A stretch of 64,000 nt of DNA, from assembly GCA_963693055.1 (NCBI GenBank), contig OY843751.1, forward strand, positions 3,296,001 through 3,360,000, read 5' to 3'. The stretch comes from a bacterium (lineage in GTDB: Bacteria > Zhuqueibacterota > Zhuqueibacteria > Residuimicrobiales > Krinioviventaceae). Below, in pieces: positions 48,010 to 59,144 of this stretch. The stretch's first letter is position 1. Each line of letters begins with the position of its first letter. The notes under the pieces are model-generated. The model was not told the origin of the DNA. It ran no database searches and was given only the letters and a program-made list of their open reading frames with translations. The position numbers were made by a program, and so were the translations under genes.

Positions 48010-49023
48010 TTATAAGCTTTTAATAGTGTTCCATATATTTTCATTCATGGGAATTCCGTTTTCCAGATTGTCTTTACGTATCTGTAACACACGTTCTCCC
48101 GGATAGGTTATTTCAGTTGAGATGTTTGATGATTTGGAATTTTTCACATCTTGAATGATGCTATCTACAACATCCAAAACATGGTTAGCGGAATGCAGCT
48201 TTGTAATATCAATCGCGATAAATACCTGAGACACATTGTATTCACGTACAGGATCACCACCAAGATCACCAACCTGTTTGGTCGATAATCCGCCAGAGAT
48301 GAGTGTTGCAATTATATCCAGCAACATAGACAGGCCCGCGCCTTTCCAGTATCCTACAGACAAGGGTCGTTGCGCTTCCAGGATATCTGCCGGATCAGTA
48401 GTCAAATCCCCGGCTTTATTGAAACCACCGGGTATAGATAATTGCTGCCCCGCCTGTTTGACGACCTCCATTTTGCCATAAGAAAACTGTGACATGGCCA
48501 TATCAAGTACAACCGGCGTTTCTTTTCCGGGCACAGCCAGAACCAAAGGATTGTTTCCCAGGCGGCAATCGGTTGCTCCCCAAGCCGGCATATTAGGCAT
48601 GGTGTTCGTCCAGCCGATATAAATAAAGCCATCAGCAGCAACACGACGACCATAAGAGCCCGCCCTCATCCAATGATTGGTATGGGCCAACCCCACACAA
48701 CCAATACCAAATTCTGTTGCAAGCACTTTTGCCCGGTCTGCCATTGCCAATGCATTCAAAATACCGGGGCCCAGTTTTCCATCCCATTGTTCCAGAGCGC
48801 CCATCACATTCACATTTACAGGTTCAGCATCTACAATTACCAACTTGCGTTTGATCTGATCAATAAACCGGGGGAACCGGTTTGCACCATGAGAATAAAC
48901 ACCCTCAAGGCTGGATTCTGCAAATACAAAAGCCAATGTTTCAGCTTTTTCGGTGGTAAATCCATACTTTTTCAATACCCTTATGAACTCGGCTTGCATC
49001 TCATTAAATTGGATTCTTTTCAT
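48010..49023 (-). CDS. dlgD: 2,3-diketo-L-gulonate reductase (Ldh-2 family)
   Basis: GVYSHGANRFPRF, HTNHWMRAGSYG, GNNPLV, DMAMSQFSYG, GYWKGAGLS. Confidence 0.88.
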   Translation of the reverse strand: MKRIQFNEMQAEFIRVLKKYGFTTEKAETLAFVFAESSLEGVYSHGANRFPRFIDQIKRKLVIVDAEPVNVNVMGALEQWDGKLGPGILNALAMADRAKVLATEFGIGCVGLAHTNHWMRAGSYGRRVAADGFIYIGWTNTMPNMPAWGATDCRLGNNPLVLAVPGKETPVVLDMAMSQFSYGKMEVVKQAGQQLSIPGGFNKAGDLTTDPADILEAQRPLSVGYWKGAGLSMLLDIIATLISGGLSTKQVGDLGGDPVREYNVSQVFIAIDITKLHSANHVLDVVDSIIQDVKNSKSSNISTEITYPGERVLQIRKDNLENGIPMNENIWNTIKSL

Positions 49024-49060
49024 ATTTCACCTGTACTCTGGTTAATATTCAATATCGGAA

Positions 49061-49624
49061 TCAAAGTTGAGTAGCTTTACGTTTCTCAATAAATCTTGAA
49101 AAAAGTTGATAAACTGTAATAACAAAATATGCACAACAAACACCAACAAAGCCTCCTACCAACACATCAATAGGATAGTGAACACCAACATATATTCTTG
49201 AAATCCCAACCAGTACCGCAAAAGTCCAGTACACATACCAACCTTTTGGAAAAAAGTAGGTAAAAAATGCCGCAGTAGCAAAGGAATTGGATGCATGTGC
49301 AGATGGAAAAGAAAATGATGTTTTCATCCCAATCAACATGTTAACATTTTCAAGAGCAACACAGGGCCTGGCTCTTCCAATCAAGGGCTTCAGGAAACCT
49401 GCCGAAATCTGATCACTAAATGTGATTACAAAAATTATTAATAAAGCAGCAATTCTTCCCTTTTTGCCCCCCTTCCATAATAACCAGACATAAAAAACCA
49501 GAAATATAGGATACCAGTGTTTCTGGTTCGTAATAAAAGGCATAAACCAATCAAAAAAGGGATTACTAAGCGAATGATTAAAAAAATAAAAAACAACAGT
49601 ATCTATATGTTGAAGCCATTCCAT
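49061..49624 (-). CDS. PAP2-family membrane phosphatase
   Basis: KPLIGRARP, SFPSAH, SRIYVGVHYPID. Probable start ATG 49624. Confidence 0.88.
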   Translation of the reverse strand: MEWLQHIDTVVFYFFNHSLSNPFFDWFMPFITNQKHWYPIFLVFYVWLLWKGGKKGRIAALLIIFVITFSDQISAGFLKPLIGRARPCVALENVNMLIGMKTSFSFPSAHASNSFATAAFFTYFFPKGWYVYWTFAVLVGISRIYVGVHYPIDVLVGGFVGVCCAYFVITVYQLFSRFIEKRKATQL

Positions 49625-49821
49625 TGTAAAAATCCTCTGTATCAAATTTGAACTTTTGGAATATATGAATATGGAATAATTTTTGCAAATTTTAATTCGG
49701 AAAAATAAACCAAAACAGCACAAGGCAATATTTAACAATATCTTAAGATAGCAAACAAAACCCTTAAACAATGCAGATACAGAGTCCAAATTAACCTCTT
49801 AATGCCCAAAGGACACACCGA

Positions 49822-52779
49822 ATGGAAACCAGCTTATTACAAGAATTCGTAGATCATTACAATATTTCTTATATTTTCACAGATACCAACCATAAAATAA
49901 TAAAAATGGAAGGAATGCTCTTTCCCAAACTGGTAAGCAATCTGCATTACATAGATATTAAAGATCAACAGTTATGGGACATACTCCCCTTTCTTGAACC
50001 TTATCGCACACGAATAACAGGGGTTTATAGCGGACACGCTCCAAAATATTCATTCAATTTTAAAAGTGAGAATCCAAAGCTGGAAGAAATCCAAATCAAC
50101 GTAATATCAAAAACAGATAAAGATCCTGCCGGTTTTTTGTATATTTTTAATGAATTGAATGAAAATGGTAAAAGTAAGGTCGGAAACACATTTCAAATTT
50201 TACCTTCAAGAGATATACAGCAATCTATTTATAAACAGAAATATGAATTATCTGATCTTATCCCCCTTTCTGATTTGCAACACTTTCAAAATATGTTTGC
50301 AGATGCCACACGTGTAGCTTCATTAATTCTTGATGTTAATGGACACGCAATCACCAAACCCAGTAATTATAATCCTGTATGCAAACGTATCCAAAAGCAT
50401 ATCAGAGGGATGCAGGATTGTCAATTTTCAGATAACAAGCTTGCTGAAAAAGCCAAACAAGAGGAACAGATTGTATACCAGAGATGTGACAATTGCGATT
50501 TTTTAAACGCAGCTATTCCTATCTGGGTTGCTGGCAGACATATCGCCAATTGGATGGTGGGGCAAATTAAAACCGGTCCAACTGATAGCAACAGAATCAT
50601 AGAATACGCTCAAAAGCTCCACATTGATGAAAACGAGTTACTAGAAAATTACGAACAATTGAAACCCATGTCAGAACAAGAGTTTAAAAGCAGGGTTGAA
50701 TTATTGAATATTTTTGTACAAAAGCTCTCAATATACATGTACAACAATATGATCATGGCTTCTGAAATTGTTAATCTCAACCAGATTCGTCATGACCTGG
50801 ACCATGAAAGAAATTTATTACAGACATTGATGGATAACATTCCGGACTTTATCTATTTTAAGGACAATGAAAGCAAATTTACCAGAATAAACATTGCTCA
50901 TGCTCACAATTTAAATGTTTACAGTCCCTCAAAGGCAATTGGTTATACAGATTTTAAATTTATCGATGAAGAAACTGCAAGAGAAACTGCAGAAGATGAA
51001 AACAATCTACTCAACACCGGCAGACCTTTGATCGGTAAAATTGAAATGATAAAAAAGCTGGATGGTAAAATAAGGTGGATATCTACTACCAAAGTCCCCG
51101 TCAAAGATGGCAACGGACAAATAACCGGCCTGGTTGGGATATCGCGTGATATTACAAAAATCAAAAGAGCCGAAGAACGATTATTGAAAAAAAATGAGCA
51201 ATTAGATAAAGCGCTTCAGGCAGCTCAACAGGCAACACAGGCAAAATCTGAATTCCTTGCCAATATGAGTCATGAAATCAGAACACCTATGAATGGTGTG
51301 ATAGGTATGACCAGTTTATTGCAAAACACAGATCTTGATCCTGAACAAAAGGAATATGTAGATACCATTAAGACCAGTGGTGACGGTTTGATGGTTATCA
51401 TAAATGATATTCTGGACTTTTCCAAGATAGAATCCGGCAAAATGGAACTGGAACAACATCCTTTTGATATTCGTGAATGTGTTGAAGAGACGCTTAATAT
51501 TCATTCCCCCAATGCAAATAAAAAAGGATTGGAACTCACCTGCCTGTTTGATCCCAGTACTCCTACAAAAATCATTGGAGATGTAACCCGCATTAGACAA
51601 GTTCTGAATAACCTTTTAGGTAATGCAATAAAATTTACCAAAGAAGGTGAAGTGGTAGTATATGTAAGGTCCCGTGAAAAAAGTGAAGATTTTTATGAAC
51701 TTGAATTTGCCATTCAAGATACCGGTATAGGTATAGCGGAAGAAAGAATGGGACTTTTATTTCAAGCGTTTAGCCAGGTCGATGCCTCAATAACACGGAA
51801 ATACGGTGGTACGGGTCTGGGACTCGCTATTAGTAAAAAACTATCAAATTTGATGGGTGGAGATATTTGGGTTAAAAGCAAAGCCGGTAAAGGTTCAACG
51901 TTTTACTTTACCATACAAACCAAAATCTCTAAAGGCATTATTAGCGATGACGCATTAACCAAAACACTTGATAACAAGAGTATTCTAATTGTTGATGATA
52001 ATGACACAAATCGTCGTATTCTCGAATTGCAGACACGTGCATGGAATATGAAAACAGACAATACCGGGTACCCGCTTAAAGCTTTAGAATGGCTCAAACA
52101 AGGTAAAACCTATGATGTAATTCTGTTAGATATGATGATGCCGGAAATGGATGGATTAACACTTGCAGAAGAGATCCGCAAGCTGAATGCTCATAAAGGT
52201 ACACATCTTATCATGCTTACTTCCGTAACCCGAACAGACGAGCATAACCAGCGGTTCAAAGATTTGAATTTTAGTAATGTATTATCAAAACCTGTAAGAC
52301 AGGCTGTATTAATGAACACACTGGTTGAAGCATTTAGTGGAAAACAAACCGAACAAAAAGAAAATGTTATTTTCAAAATGGATGAACAGATGGCGGAACA
52401 ATTTCCGCTAAACATTCTTGTGGCAGAAGATAATAAAATCAATCAACGGTTGGCACTCAAGGTTTTAAAAAAGTTGGGATATGATGCAACTATTGCTGAA
52501 AATGGCAAAGAAGCTATAGAGATGATGGAAAAACAATCTTTTGACATCATTTTTATGGATATTCAAATGCCAATCATGGATGGATTTGAAACCACACAAT
52601 ATATAATAAATAAATGGCATGATGATCGTCCGCGTATCATTGCAATGACAGCAAATGCCATGGAAGGTGACAAAGAAGCATGTTTAAATGCGGGGATGGA
52701 CGCATATATCAGTAAACCCATCAACATCAAAAGTTTGGTTAATGAATTAAAAAACAACTATCCAGACATGAATGAATGA
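49822..52779 (+). CDS. Hybrid histidine kinase (PocR-like sensor, PAS, HisKA/HATPase, two REC)
   Basis: LQHFQNMFADAT...PSNYNPVC...C...AAIPI...GQ (PocR-like), [28 protein letters not shown], two receiver domains. Confidence 0.88.
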   Translation: METSLLQEFVDHYNISYIFTDTNHKIIKMEGMLFPKLVSNLHYIDIKDQQLWDILPFLEPYRTRITGVYSGHAPKYSFNFKSENPKLEEIQINVISKTDKDPAGFLYIFNELNENGKSKVGNTFQILPSRDIQQSIYKQKYELSDLIPLSDLQHFQNMFADATRVASLILDVNGHAITKPSNYNPVCKRIQKHIRGMQDCQFSDNKLAEKAKQEEQIVYQRCDNCDFLNAAIPIWVAGRHIANWMVGQIKTGPTDSNRIIEYAQKLHIDENELLENYEQLKPMSEQEFKSRVELLNIFVQKLSIYMYNNMIMASEIVNLNQIRHDLDHERNLLQTLMDNIPDFIYFKDNESKFTRINIAHAHNLNVYSPSKAIGYTDFKFIDEETARETAEDENNLLNTGRPLIGKIEMIKKLDGKIRWISTTKVPVKDGNGQITGLVGISRDITKIKRAEERLLKKNEQLDKALQAAQQATQAKSEFLANMSHEIRTPMNGVIGMTSLLQNTDLDPEQKEYVDTIKTSGDGLMVIINDILDFSKIESGKMELEQHPFDIRECVEETLNIHSPNANKKGLELTCLFDPSTPTKIIGDVTRIRQVLNNLLGNAIKFTKEGEVVVYVRSREKSEDFYELEFAIQDTGIGIAEERMGLLFQAFSQVDASITRKYGGTGLGLAISKKLSNLMGGDIWVKSKAGKGSTFYFTIQTKISKGIISDDALTKTLDNKSILIVDDNDTNRRILELQTRAWNMKTDNTGYPLKALEWLKQGKTYDVILLDMMMPEMDGLTLAEEIRKLNAHKGTHLIMLTSVTRTDEHNQRFKDLNFSNVLSKPVRQAVLMNTLVEAFSGKQTEQKENVIFKMDEQMAEQFPLNILVAEDNKINQRLALKVLKKLGYDATIAENGKEAIEMMEKQSFDIIFMDIQMPIMDGFETTQYIINKWHDDRPRIIAMTANAMEGDKEACLNAGMDAYISKPINIKSLVNELKNNYPDMNE

Positions 52780-52796
52780 AATGGTGATACGATAAA

Positions 52797-55700
52797 ATGA
52801 TCCAATTTAATAAAATACTTGTTGTTTGCGTTGTCTTTTTCAATATTTCTTTAATCTTTGCTCAGAATATTGAATTTCTAAGGTCAAGAAACGAGCAACT
52901 GGAACAACGTGATTTGAATAGATACAGGTGGGACCACTTGACTAAACGTGATGGTTTAGGCCAGGGAAATGTTGACTATATTTTAAAAAAGTCTGATGGA
53001 AATATTTGGATGGTTACCGGCAGCCAGGGTGCAGAAGGTACAGGCATAACCATTTGGGATGGATATAAATTTAGAAAGCTTACCACAGATAATGGGCTCT
53101 CTACAAATCAAATAACTTCAATTATAGAAGATCTTGAAGGAAATGTTTGGATAGGTACAAAAACAAAAGGATTGGCAGTATATCTCAACGATAATATTTG
53201 GAAATATTACACCACAAAAGATGGATTAAAAAATAACTTTATTACCTCTTTATATGCTGACAGACAGGGGCGTATATGGGTAGGCTCATTAAATGGTGTT
53301 TCCTTTTTTCAAAATAATGAATTCTTGTCGCTGCAACATTCACCAATGACAGATTCACTGGCAATACAAGCTATCTATCAGGCTCCCGATAAGAGCATGT
53401 GGTTTGCACAGGAGCCGGGTAATGTTTTTCGTTATAAAGACGGTAAATGGAAATACTGGACATTATCACAAAATTCATTATGGACGAATATAAATCATTA
53501 CAACTTTGTTGAATTTAAGCCTAATGAACTATGGTTGCCAACCAATAATGGTATATTTATTTTTACAAAAGACCGATATAAACATATCGATACCCGAAAC
53601 GGACTTCCAGGAAATCAAATTACAGATTTAAAAAAATTCAGCAATGGGAATTTGTACCTTTGTACAGAATTTAATGGAATTGGTGTCTATGATGGTAATA
53701 TTTGGAGACATTATAACGATTATGATGGACTCGGAAACGACGTAACGTTTTCTATTGTCGAAAATGGCGATAATATTCTTATTGGTACCATGACGGGGCT
53801 CACAGTATGGCATCCATCAAATTGGAAATACATTACAAAACAAAACGGCTTGTTAACCAATAGTGTACGTAATGTATTAATTCAGGAGGATAACAGCATA
53901 TGGTTTTCCACTCCTATGGGCATTGCCGTAAATGAAAATGGTAAATGGCGTTATTTCCATCAAAAAGATGGCTTGCCGGGAAAATTCTGCAATAAACTAT
54001 ACAGCGATAACCAAAATAATATTTGGGTCACCTGTACCGACTGGCAATCCAAAGAAAGCGGCATGGCAATTTATAACAAAAGCACATCTAGATTTGATTA
54101 TAAAGGGAATTTTCAATCCTTTATTTTCAAAAGTTCAGATGGTGCAGTATGGGCAGGTAATACAAATAACTGGAAGACCCAAAGAGATCTATTAGTCAGA
54201 ATTAAAGATGATGTAAAAACAACCTTTAATGAACAAAACGGATTTCCTCTTCTCTCCTGCTATGGCGGTTTTGAAGCTAAAGATGGTTCCATTTGGATTT
54301 ATTCAAAACATAATGGAATTGCTGTTTTCAAAAATGAAAATTGGAAACATTTAACAACAAAAGATGGTTTGTGCAGTAATAAAATCAGTTCCATGTATCA
54401 AACCAGAAATGGAGATATTTGGGTTGGGAGCATGGACAAGGGTGTTTCTATTTACAAAGAATACAAGTGGAATACTTTTGATAAAAGAAACGGATTTAAT
54501 GGATCATTCATTAATAATATTCTGGAGACAAAAGAAGGTCATATCTGGTTTGGCTCAGAAGGTGATGGCATTATCATTTTTGATGGTGAAAACTTTGAAC
54601 AAATGACCAAACATGGGGGCTTGCCAAGTAATCTGATTTGGGACCTAGACCTGGCAAAAGATGGCTCAATCTGGGTTAGTACCAAAGACAAAGGCGTTGC
54701 AATTTATAAACATTCGGAAAACAAAATACCTCAAACTATAGTATATGATAATGCAAATTGGTTAATAAGTAATAATAATAATAAAAACAACTATTATACG
54801 ATCTTGGAAGATAGCACTCAATATTTGAATAATGTAAGTATTGCCGGACTAAACTGCCATCCGACAAGAAAATTAAATGATATTGTAATTAAGGGAAATA
54901 AGCTTGACCTGTATGTAGATGCACTTGTCAAATGGCATAAAACAAACTCTGGGATGTTTAATTATTCATGGAAAATTGATGATCAACCTTGGAGCAAATA
55001 TGTAAAGGGACCGGTAATTCATATTAAAGATTTAACCAGCGGTCCTCATACATTAGCGGTACGAGCCAAATCTCCACTGTTTCATGTAGATCCTAACCCT
55101 GTGATAGTTGAATTTCGTATCATCAAACCTGTTCCTGTGCTGGCAATCAGTTTTATAATTTTGGGAATTATTATCGTATTAATTTCTATTAAACTGTTTG
55201 TCATCTCTCAGGAAAAGAAGCGCATTAAATATGATATGGAAGAAGCAGAACGCCAGATAGAAATTGCCGAACAAGACCGTCGAATTTTAGAACTGGAAAA
55301 ACTACGGGCCATACAGGAAAAAGAAATAGAACGTAAAGAAAAAGAATATTCTCTTCAGGCACAAAAAGTATTAGAAGAAGCTAAAGACCTGGCTGAAGAA
55401 GCTACCCGGGCCAAGAGTGAATTTCTTGCCAATATGAGTCACGAAATTAGAACTCCCATGAATGCCGTAATAGGGCTTACCGGATTATTGCTCGAAACAG
55501 AACTGGATGAAGAACAACGCGATTATGTAGAAACTGTCAAATCCAGTGGTGATGCACTCATGTCCGTAATAAACGATATTCTGGATTATTCTAAAATTGA
55601 ATCCGGAAAAATGCAATTTGAACAACAACCATTTAAACTGCGGGATTGTATCGAAAGTTGTCTGGAGTATCATGCAACCAATGCAGCTAAAAAAAACCTG

Positions 55701-56969
55701 GATCTTACTTATTATATTGAACCCGGCATTCCTGATGTAATCATCGGAGACTTTAACAGGATACGACAAATCCTCAATAACCTGCTGAGTAATGCAGTAA
55801 AATTTACAAATTATGGTGACATTTTTGTGCACGCTAATGCAGCTCAAAAAAACGATGAATATGAATTTCATCTGATGGTCAAAGATACGGGTATTGGCAT
55901 TGAAGCAGATAAAGTGGATCATGTATTCAGATCATTTACTCAAGCAGATGCTTCCACTACCCGTAAATATGGCGGTACAGGATTGGGTCTTACTATCAGT
56001 AAAAGCTTGTGTGAAAAAATGGGTGGAACCATGTGGGTTAACAGCCAACCGGACAAGGGTTCATCCTTTCACTTTACTTTCTTAGCTCAGGGTAACATTA
56101 CTCTGCAAAATGAGTTAAAACCAGATAATGAAGACAACTTTAACAACCGTAACATTTTAATTGTAGATGATAATGATACAAACCGGCGTATTCTTTCAAT
56201 CATGCTGAAACGTTGGGGCATGAACACCCGAGATGTTGCAACCGGTCAAGAAGCTTTAGAATTGCTAGATCATGGAGCAGAGTTTGATTTGGCAATTCTT
56301 GATTTACAAATGCCTGAAATGGACGGTATAATGCTCGCTGAAAAAATCAGAGAGACTAAAAGTGCAGAAACGCTTCCCCTTGTTATGTTGACTTCGGTCG
56401 GTTTCAGGGATAATGATGAAAAATTTAAGGCATTGAAATTTTCAAGTTTTGTTCATAAACCGGTAAAACAATCAAGTTTGTTCAATATTCTCATGCATAT
56501 CTTTGATGGCAAATTGCCTAGAAAAATCAAAGAAAAAGAACCTCGGGATAATAAAAATTCAGAATTCGCCCGCCATTATCCATTGCAAATACTGGTTGCT
56601 GAAGATAATCCTATTAATCAGAAACTGGCGCAACGTATCCTGGAAAAATATGGCTATACTCCATCCATTGTTGATAACGGACTGGAAGCAGTACATGCGT
56701 TGGATCAGCATAATTTCGATCTGGTGTTAATGGATGTGCAAATGCCTGAAATGGATGGCTACGAAGCAACAAAGATAATTACCGAACGTTTTGGCGGCAG
56801 CAGACCCTTTATTATTGCAATGACTGCAAATGCCATGGAAGGTGATCGTGAAAAGTGCCTGCAAGCCGGCATGGATGATTACGTTAGCAAACCCATTCAT
56901 CTTGAACACTTGTTAGATTTGTTCAAAGAATATTATGGAAAAATTGTGGATTTAAAAGCATCGGCATGA
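52797..56969 (+). CDS. Membrane hybrid histidine kinase with periplasmic beta-propeller sensor and two REC domains
   Basis: Signal peptide, many (D/N)GL-x-xN / G-x-IW repeats, YYY-like domain, TM helix, coiled coil, [14 protein letters not shown], two receivers. Confidence 0.9.
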   Translation: MIQFNKILVVCVVFFNISLIFAQNIEFLRSRNEQLEQRDLNRYRWDHLTKRDGLGQGNVDYILKKSDGNIWMVTGSQGAEGTGITIWDGYKFRKLTTDNGLSTNQITSIIEDLEGNVWIGTKTKGLAVYLNDNIWKYYTTKDGLKNNFITSLYADRQGRIWVGSLNGVSFFQNNEFLSLQHSPMTDSLAIQAIYQAPDKSMWFAQEPGNVFRYKDGKWKYWTLSQNSLWTNINHYNFVEFKPNELWLPTNNGIFIFTKDRYKHIDTRNGLPGNQITDLKKFSNGNLYLCTEFNGIGVYDGNIWRHYNDYDGLGNDVTFSIVENGDNILIGTMTGLTVWHPSNWKYITKQNGLLTNSVRNVLIQEDNSIWFSTPMGIAVNENGKWRYFHQKDGLPGKFCNKLYSDNQNNIWVTCTDWQSKESGMAIYNKSTSRFDYKGNFQSFIFKSSDGAVWAGNTNNWKTQRDLLVRIKDDVKTTFNEQNGFPLLSCYGGFEAKDGSIWIYSKHNGIAVFKNENWKHLTTKDGLCSNKISSMYQTRNGDIWVGSMDKGVSIYKEYKWNTFDKRNGFNGSFINNILETKEGHIWFGSEGDGIIIFDGENFEQMTKHGGLPSNLIWDLDLAKDGSIWVSTKDKGVAIYKHSENKIPQTIVYDNANWLISNNNNKNNYYTILEDSTQYLNNVSIAGLNCHPTRKLNDIVIKGNKLDLYVDALVKWHKTNSGMFNYSWKIDDQPWSKYVKGPVIHIKDLTSGPHTLAVRAKSPLFHVDPNPVIVEFRIIKPVPVLAISFIILGIIIVLISIKLFVISQEKKRIKYDMEEAERQIEIAEQDRRILELEKLRAIQEKEIERKEKEYSLQAQKVLEEAKDLAEEATRAKSEFLANMSHEIRTPMNAVIGLTGLLLETELDEEQRDYVETVKSSGDALMSVINDILDYSKIESGKMQFEQQPFKLRDCIESCLEYHATNAAKKNLDLTYYIEPGIPDVIIGDFNRIRQILNNLLSNAVKFTNYGDIFVHANAAQKNDEYEFHLMVKDTGIGIEADKVDHVFRSFTQADASTTRKYGGTGLGLTISKSLCEKMGGTMWVNSQPDKGSSFHFTFLAQGNITLQNELKPDNEDNFNNRNILIVDDNDTNRRILSIMLKRWGMNTRDVATGQEALELLDHGAEFDLAILDLQMPEMDGIMLAEKIRETKSAETLPLVMLTSVGFRDNDEKFKALKFSSFVHKPVKQSSLFNILMHIFDGKLPRKIKEKEPRDNKNSEFARHYPLQILVAEDNPINQKLAQRILEKYGYTPSIVDNGLEAVHALDQHNFDLVLMDVQMPEMDGYEATKIITERFGGSRPFIIAMTANAMEGDREKCLQAGMDDYVSKPIHLEHLLDLFKEYYGKIVDLKASA

Positions 56970-57139
56970 CAGAAAAGTAGGCCATAATGACAGATTTACT
57001 GACAATCCTGCAATTATTCTGGCAACTCCGCAAATCCGCTAACTGACTGTTAATTAGCTGCTTACATCATAAAATATCTTTTGCACAGAATTTGCTGCAT
57101 AGACTCAAAAAAATGCATCAAATTCATGAAAGGATAATC

Positions 57140-59035
57140 ATGGCAGAAAAATCATCTCAGTACCAGTTTCAAGCCGAAGTAAACCAACTACTGGATATTT
57201 TAACCCACTCTTTATATACTCACCGGGATATCTTTGTTAGAGAATTGGTCTCTAATGCAGCCGATGCGCTGGATAAAGCTCGATTCAAATCTATCAAGGG
57301 TGAAGAGATCAACGATTCCGATCTGGATCTTGAAATCCGTATTGATCTCGACAAAGACAACAAAACCATTACCCTCTCCGATACAGGTATCGGAATGACC
57401 AAAGATGAGCTGATCAATAATATTGGTACCATTGCCCGCTCAGGAACCTCTGACTTTGTTAAACAATTGTCACAGGAAAATGAAAAAGACGTTAATTTGA
57501 TTGGACGTTTTGGAGTTGGATTTTATTCTGTTTTCATGGCAGGCGAAAAAGTAGAAATTACTACGCAATCTGCTACTCCGGGTGAACCTACATGGGTATG
57601 GATTAGTGACGGAAAAGGCGAGTTTACTATTGACGAAGCAGAAACGCCTGCCAAACGCGGCACTCAGATCAAAGTCTTTCTTCGTGAAGATGCTGAACAA
57701 TTTGCTGATTCCTATACTATTAAAAATGCTATTGAAAAATATTCAAATTTTGTATCGTTCCCTATCAAGCTCGACAGTGAACAGGTTAACACTATATCCG
57801 CTATCTGGAGAGAACCCAAAAGCAGCTTAAAAAAAGAACAATATACAGAATTCTTTAAATATCTAGCAAAACAACCGGATGACCCTATAACTTATCTGCA
57901 TTTTAGTGCCGATGCCCCCATACAGTTCAACTCGTTGATATTTGTTCCCAAGACCAATCTTGAGCTTATGGGATTCGGACGCGATGAAGAAGGCATTCAC
58001 ATGTTTGTTAAACGTGTTCTGGTAGATGCACACTCTAAAGATATTCTGCCCAATTATCTGCGTTTTGCAAGCGGTGTTGTAGAAAGTGATGAACTGCCCC
58101 TCAACATTTCCAGAGAAACCTTGCAGGAAAACCCGTACATGATGAAAATCAAAAATACGGTTGTTAACAAATTCCTCAGTCATTTACAGGACTTTTCCAA
58201 AGATGAGGAAGCATACAAAGAATTCTGGAACCAGCATGGCAGAATCCTCAAAGAAGGTTATAACGATTTTCAGCTTAAAGACAAGCTGGTAGAGTTGTTT
58301 AGATTCAACTCTTCAAAGTGTGAAAATGGAGATGAACTGGTATCTCTTCGCACTTATGTGGACCGCATGTCTGAAAAACAACAGGATATCTATTATCTGT
58401 CAGGTTCATCACGCGAGGCTATTGAAAATAATCCCGCAATGGACTTGTTCAAATCAAAAGATATTGAAGTTTTGTACAGTTTCGATCCGATCGATGAGTT
58501 TGTACTTTCAGGCATTATGGAATATGATAAAAAGAAATTCGTTTCCGTTGACCAGGCTGATCTCGGTCATTTGAATGACATTCCCAATCAGGAAAAAGAT
58601 GAAGAAAAAGAAGAAAAAGAAGAAACAAAATCTGAAGATTTGAAAGATTTTGATAATCTTGCAAGACGCATCAAAGACATTTTAGGCGGCAAGGTTGAAG
58701 ATGTTCGCCTGTCTGAGCGGTTGGTCAAGAATCCTGCTGTATTGATTGGATCACAAGGCGGCATGTCTGCGCAGATGGAAAAGATCATGCATCTCTATAA
58801 CCAGGATGCCAAATTGGCGCCCAAGGTAATGGAGATTAATCCCAAACATTCGGTAATCAAAAACATGTTGTCCATTTACAAAAAAGATGTAGCTGACCCT
58901 CTTTTGAACAAACTCGCTAACAACCTGTTTAATAGCGTGGCTTTGCTTGATGGCAACATTCAAGATCCCCATGAAATGGCAGCAACAATACAGGAACTAC
59001 TGGAAGAAACTTCCAAACTCTATATTAAAGAATAA
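57140..59035 (+). CDS. htpG: Chaperone HtpG (Hsp90)
   Basis: FQAEVNQLL, FVRELVSNAADA, DTGIGMT, IGRFGVGFYS, LPLNISRE, EINPKH. Probable start ATG 57140. Confidence 0.96.
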   Translation: MAEKSSQYQFQAEVNQLLDILTHSLYTHRDIFVRELVSNAADALDKARFKSIKGEEINDSDLDLEIRIDLDKDNKTITLSDTGIGMTKDELINNIGTIARSGTSDFVKQLSQENEKDVNLIGRFGVGFYSVFMAGEKVEITTQSATPGEPTWVWISDGKGEFTIDEAETPAKRGTQIKVFLREDAEQFADSYTIKNAIEKYSNFVSFPIKLDSEQVNTISAIWREPKSSLKKEQYTEFFKYLAKQPDDPITYLHFSADAPIQFNSLIFVPKTNLELMGFGRDEEGIHMFVKRVLVDAHSKDILPNYLRFASGVVESDELPLNISRETLQENPYMMKIKNTVVNKFLSHLQDFSKDEEAYKEFWNQHGRILKEGYNDFQLKDKLVELFRFNSSKCENGDELVSLRTYVDRMSEKQQDIYYLSGSSREAIENNPAMDLFKSKDIEVLYSFDPIDEFVLSGIMEYDKKKFVSVDQADLGHLNDIPNQEKDEEKEEKEETKSEDLKDFDNLARRIKDILGGKVEDVRLSERLVKNPAVLIGSQGGMSAQMEKIMHLYNQDAKLAPKVMEINPKHSVIKNMLSIYKKDVADPLLNKLANNLFNSVALLDGNIQDPHEMAATIQELLEETSKLYIKE

Positions 59036-59048
59036 ATAGCTATAAATT

Positions 59049-59082
59049 AAAAAAGGACGGCCAATTAGCCGTCCTTTTTTTT
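59049..59082. terminator. Bidirectional terminator between convergent htpG and nrdA
   Basis: A6-GGACGGC-CAATTA-GCCGTCC-T8. Confidence 0.88.
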
Positions 59083-59144
59083 GTCGTTTATATATAAATC
59101 CAGGCGTAATCGCCAGATTTTCTTACGCCCGGATTTGGGAGGAG

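Noticed and set aside
57015-57045. CIRCE or sigma54 site before htpG
   Set aside because: TGGCAACTC...CGCTAA fits neither TTAGCACTC-N9-GAGTGCTAA nor -24/-12 spacing.
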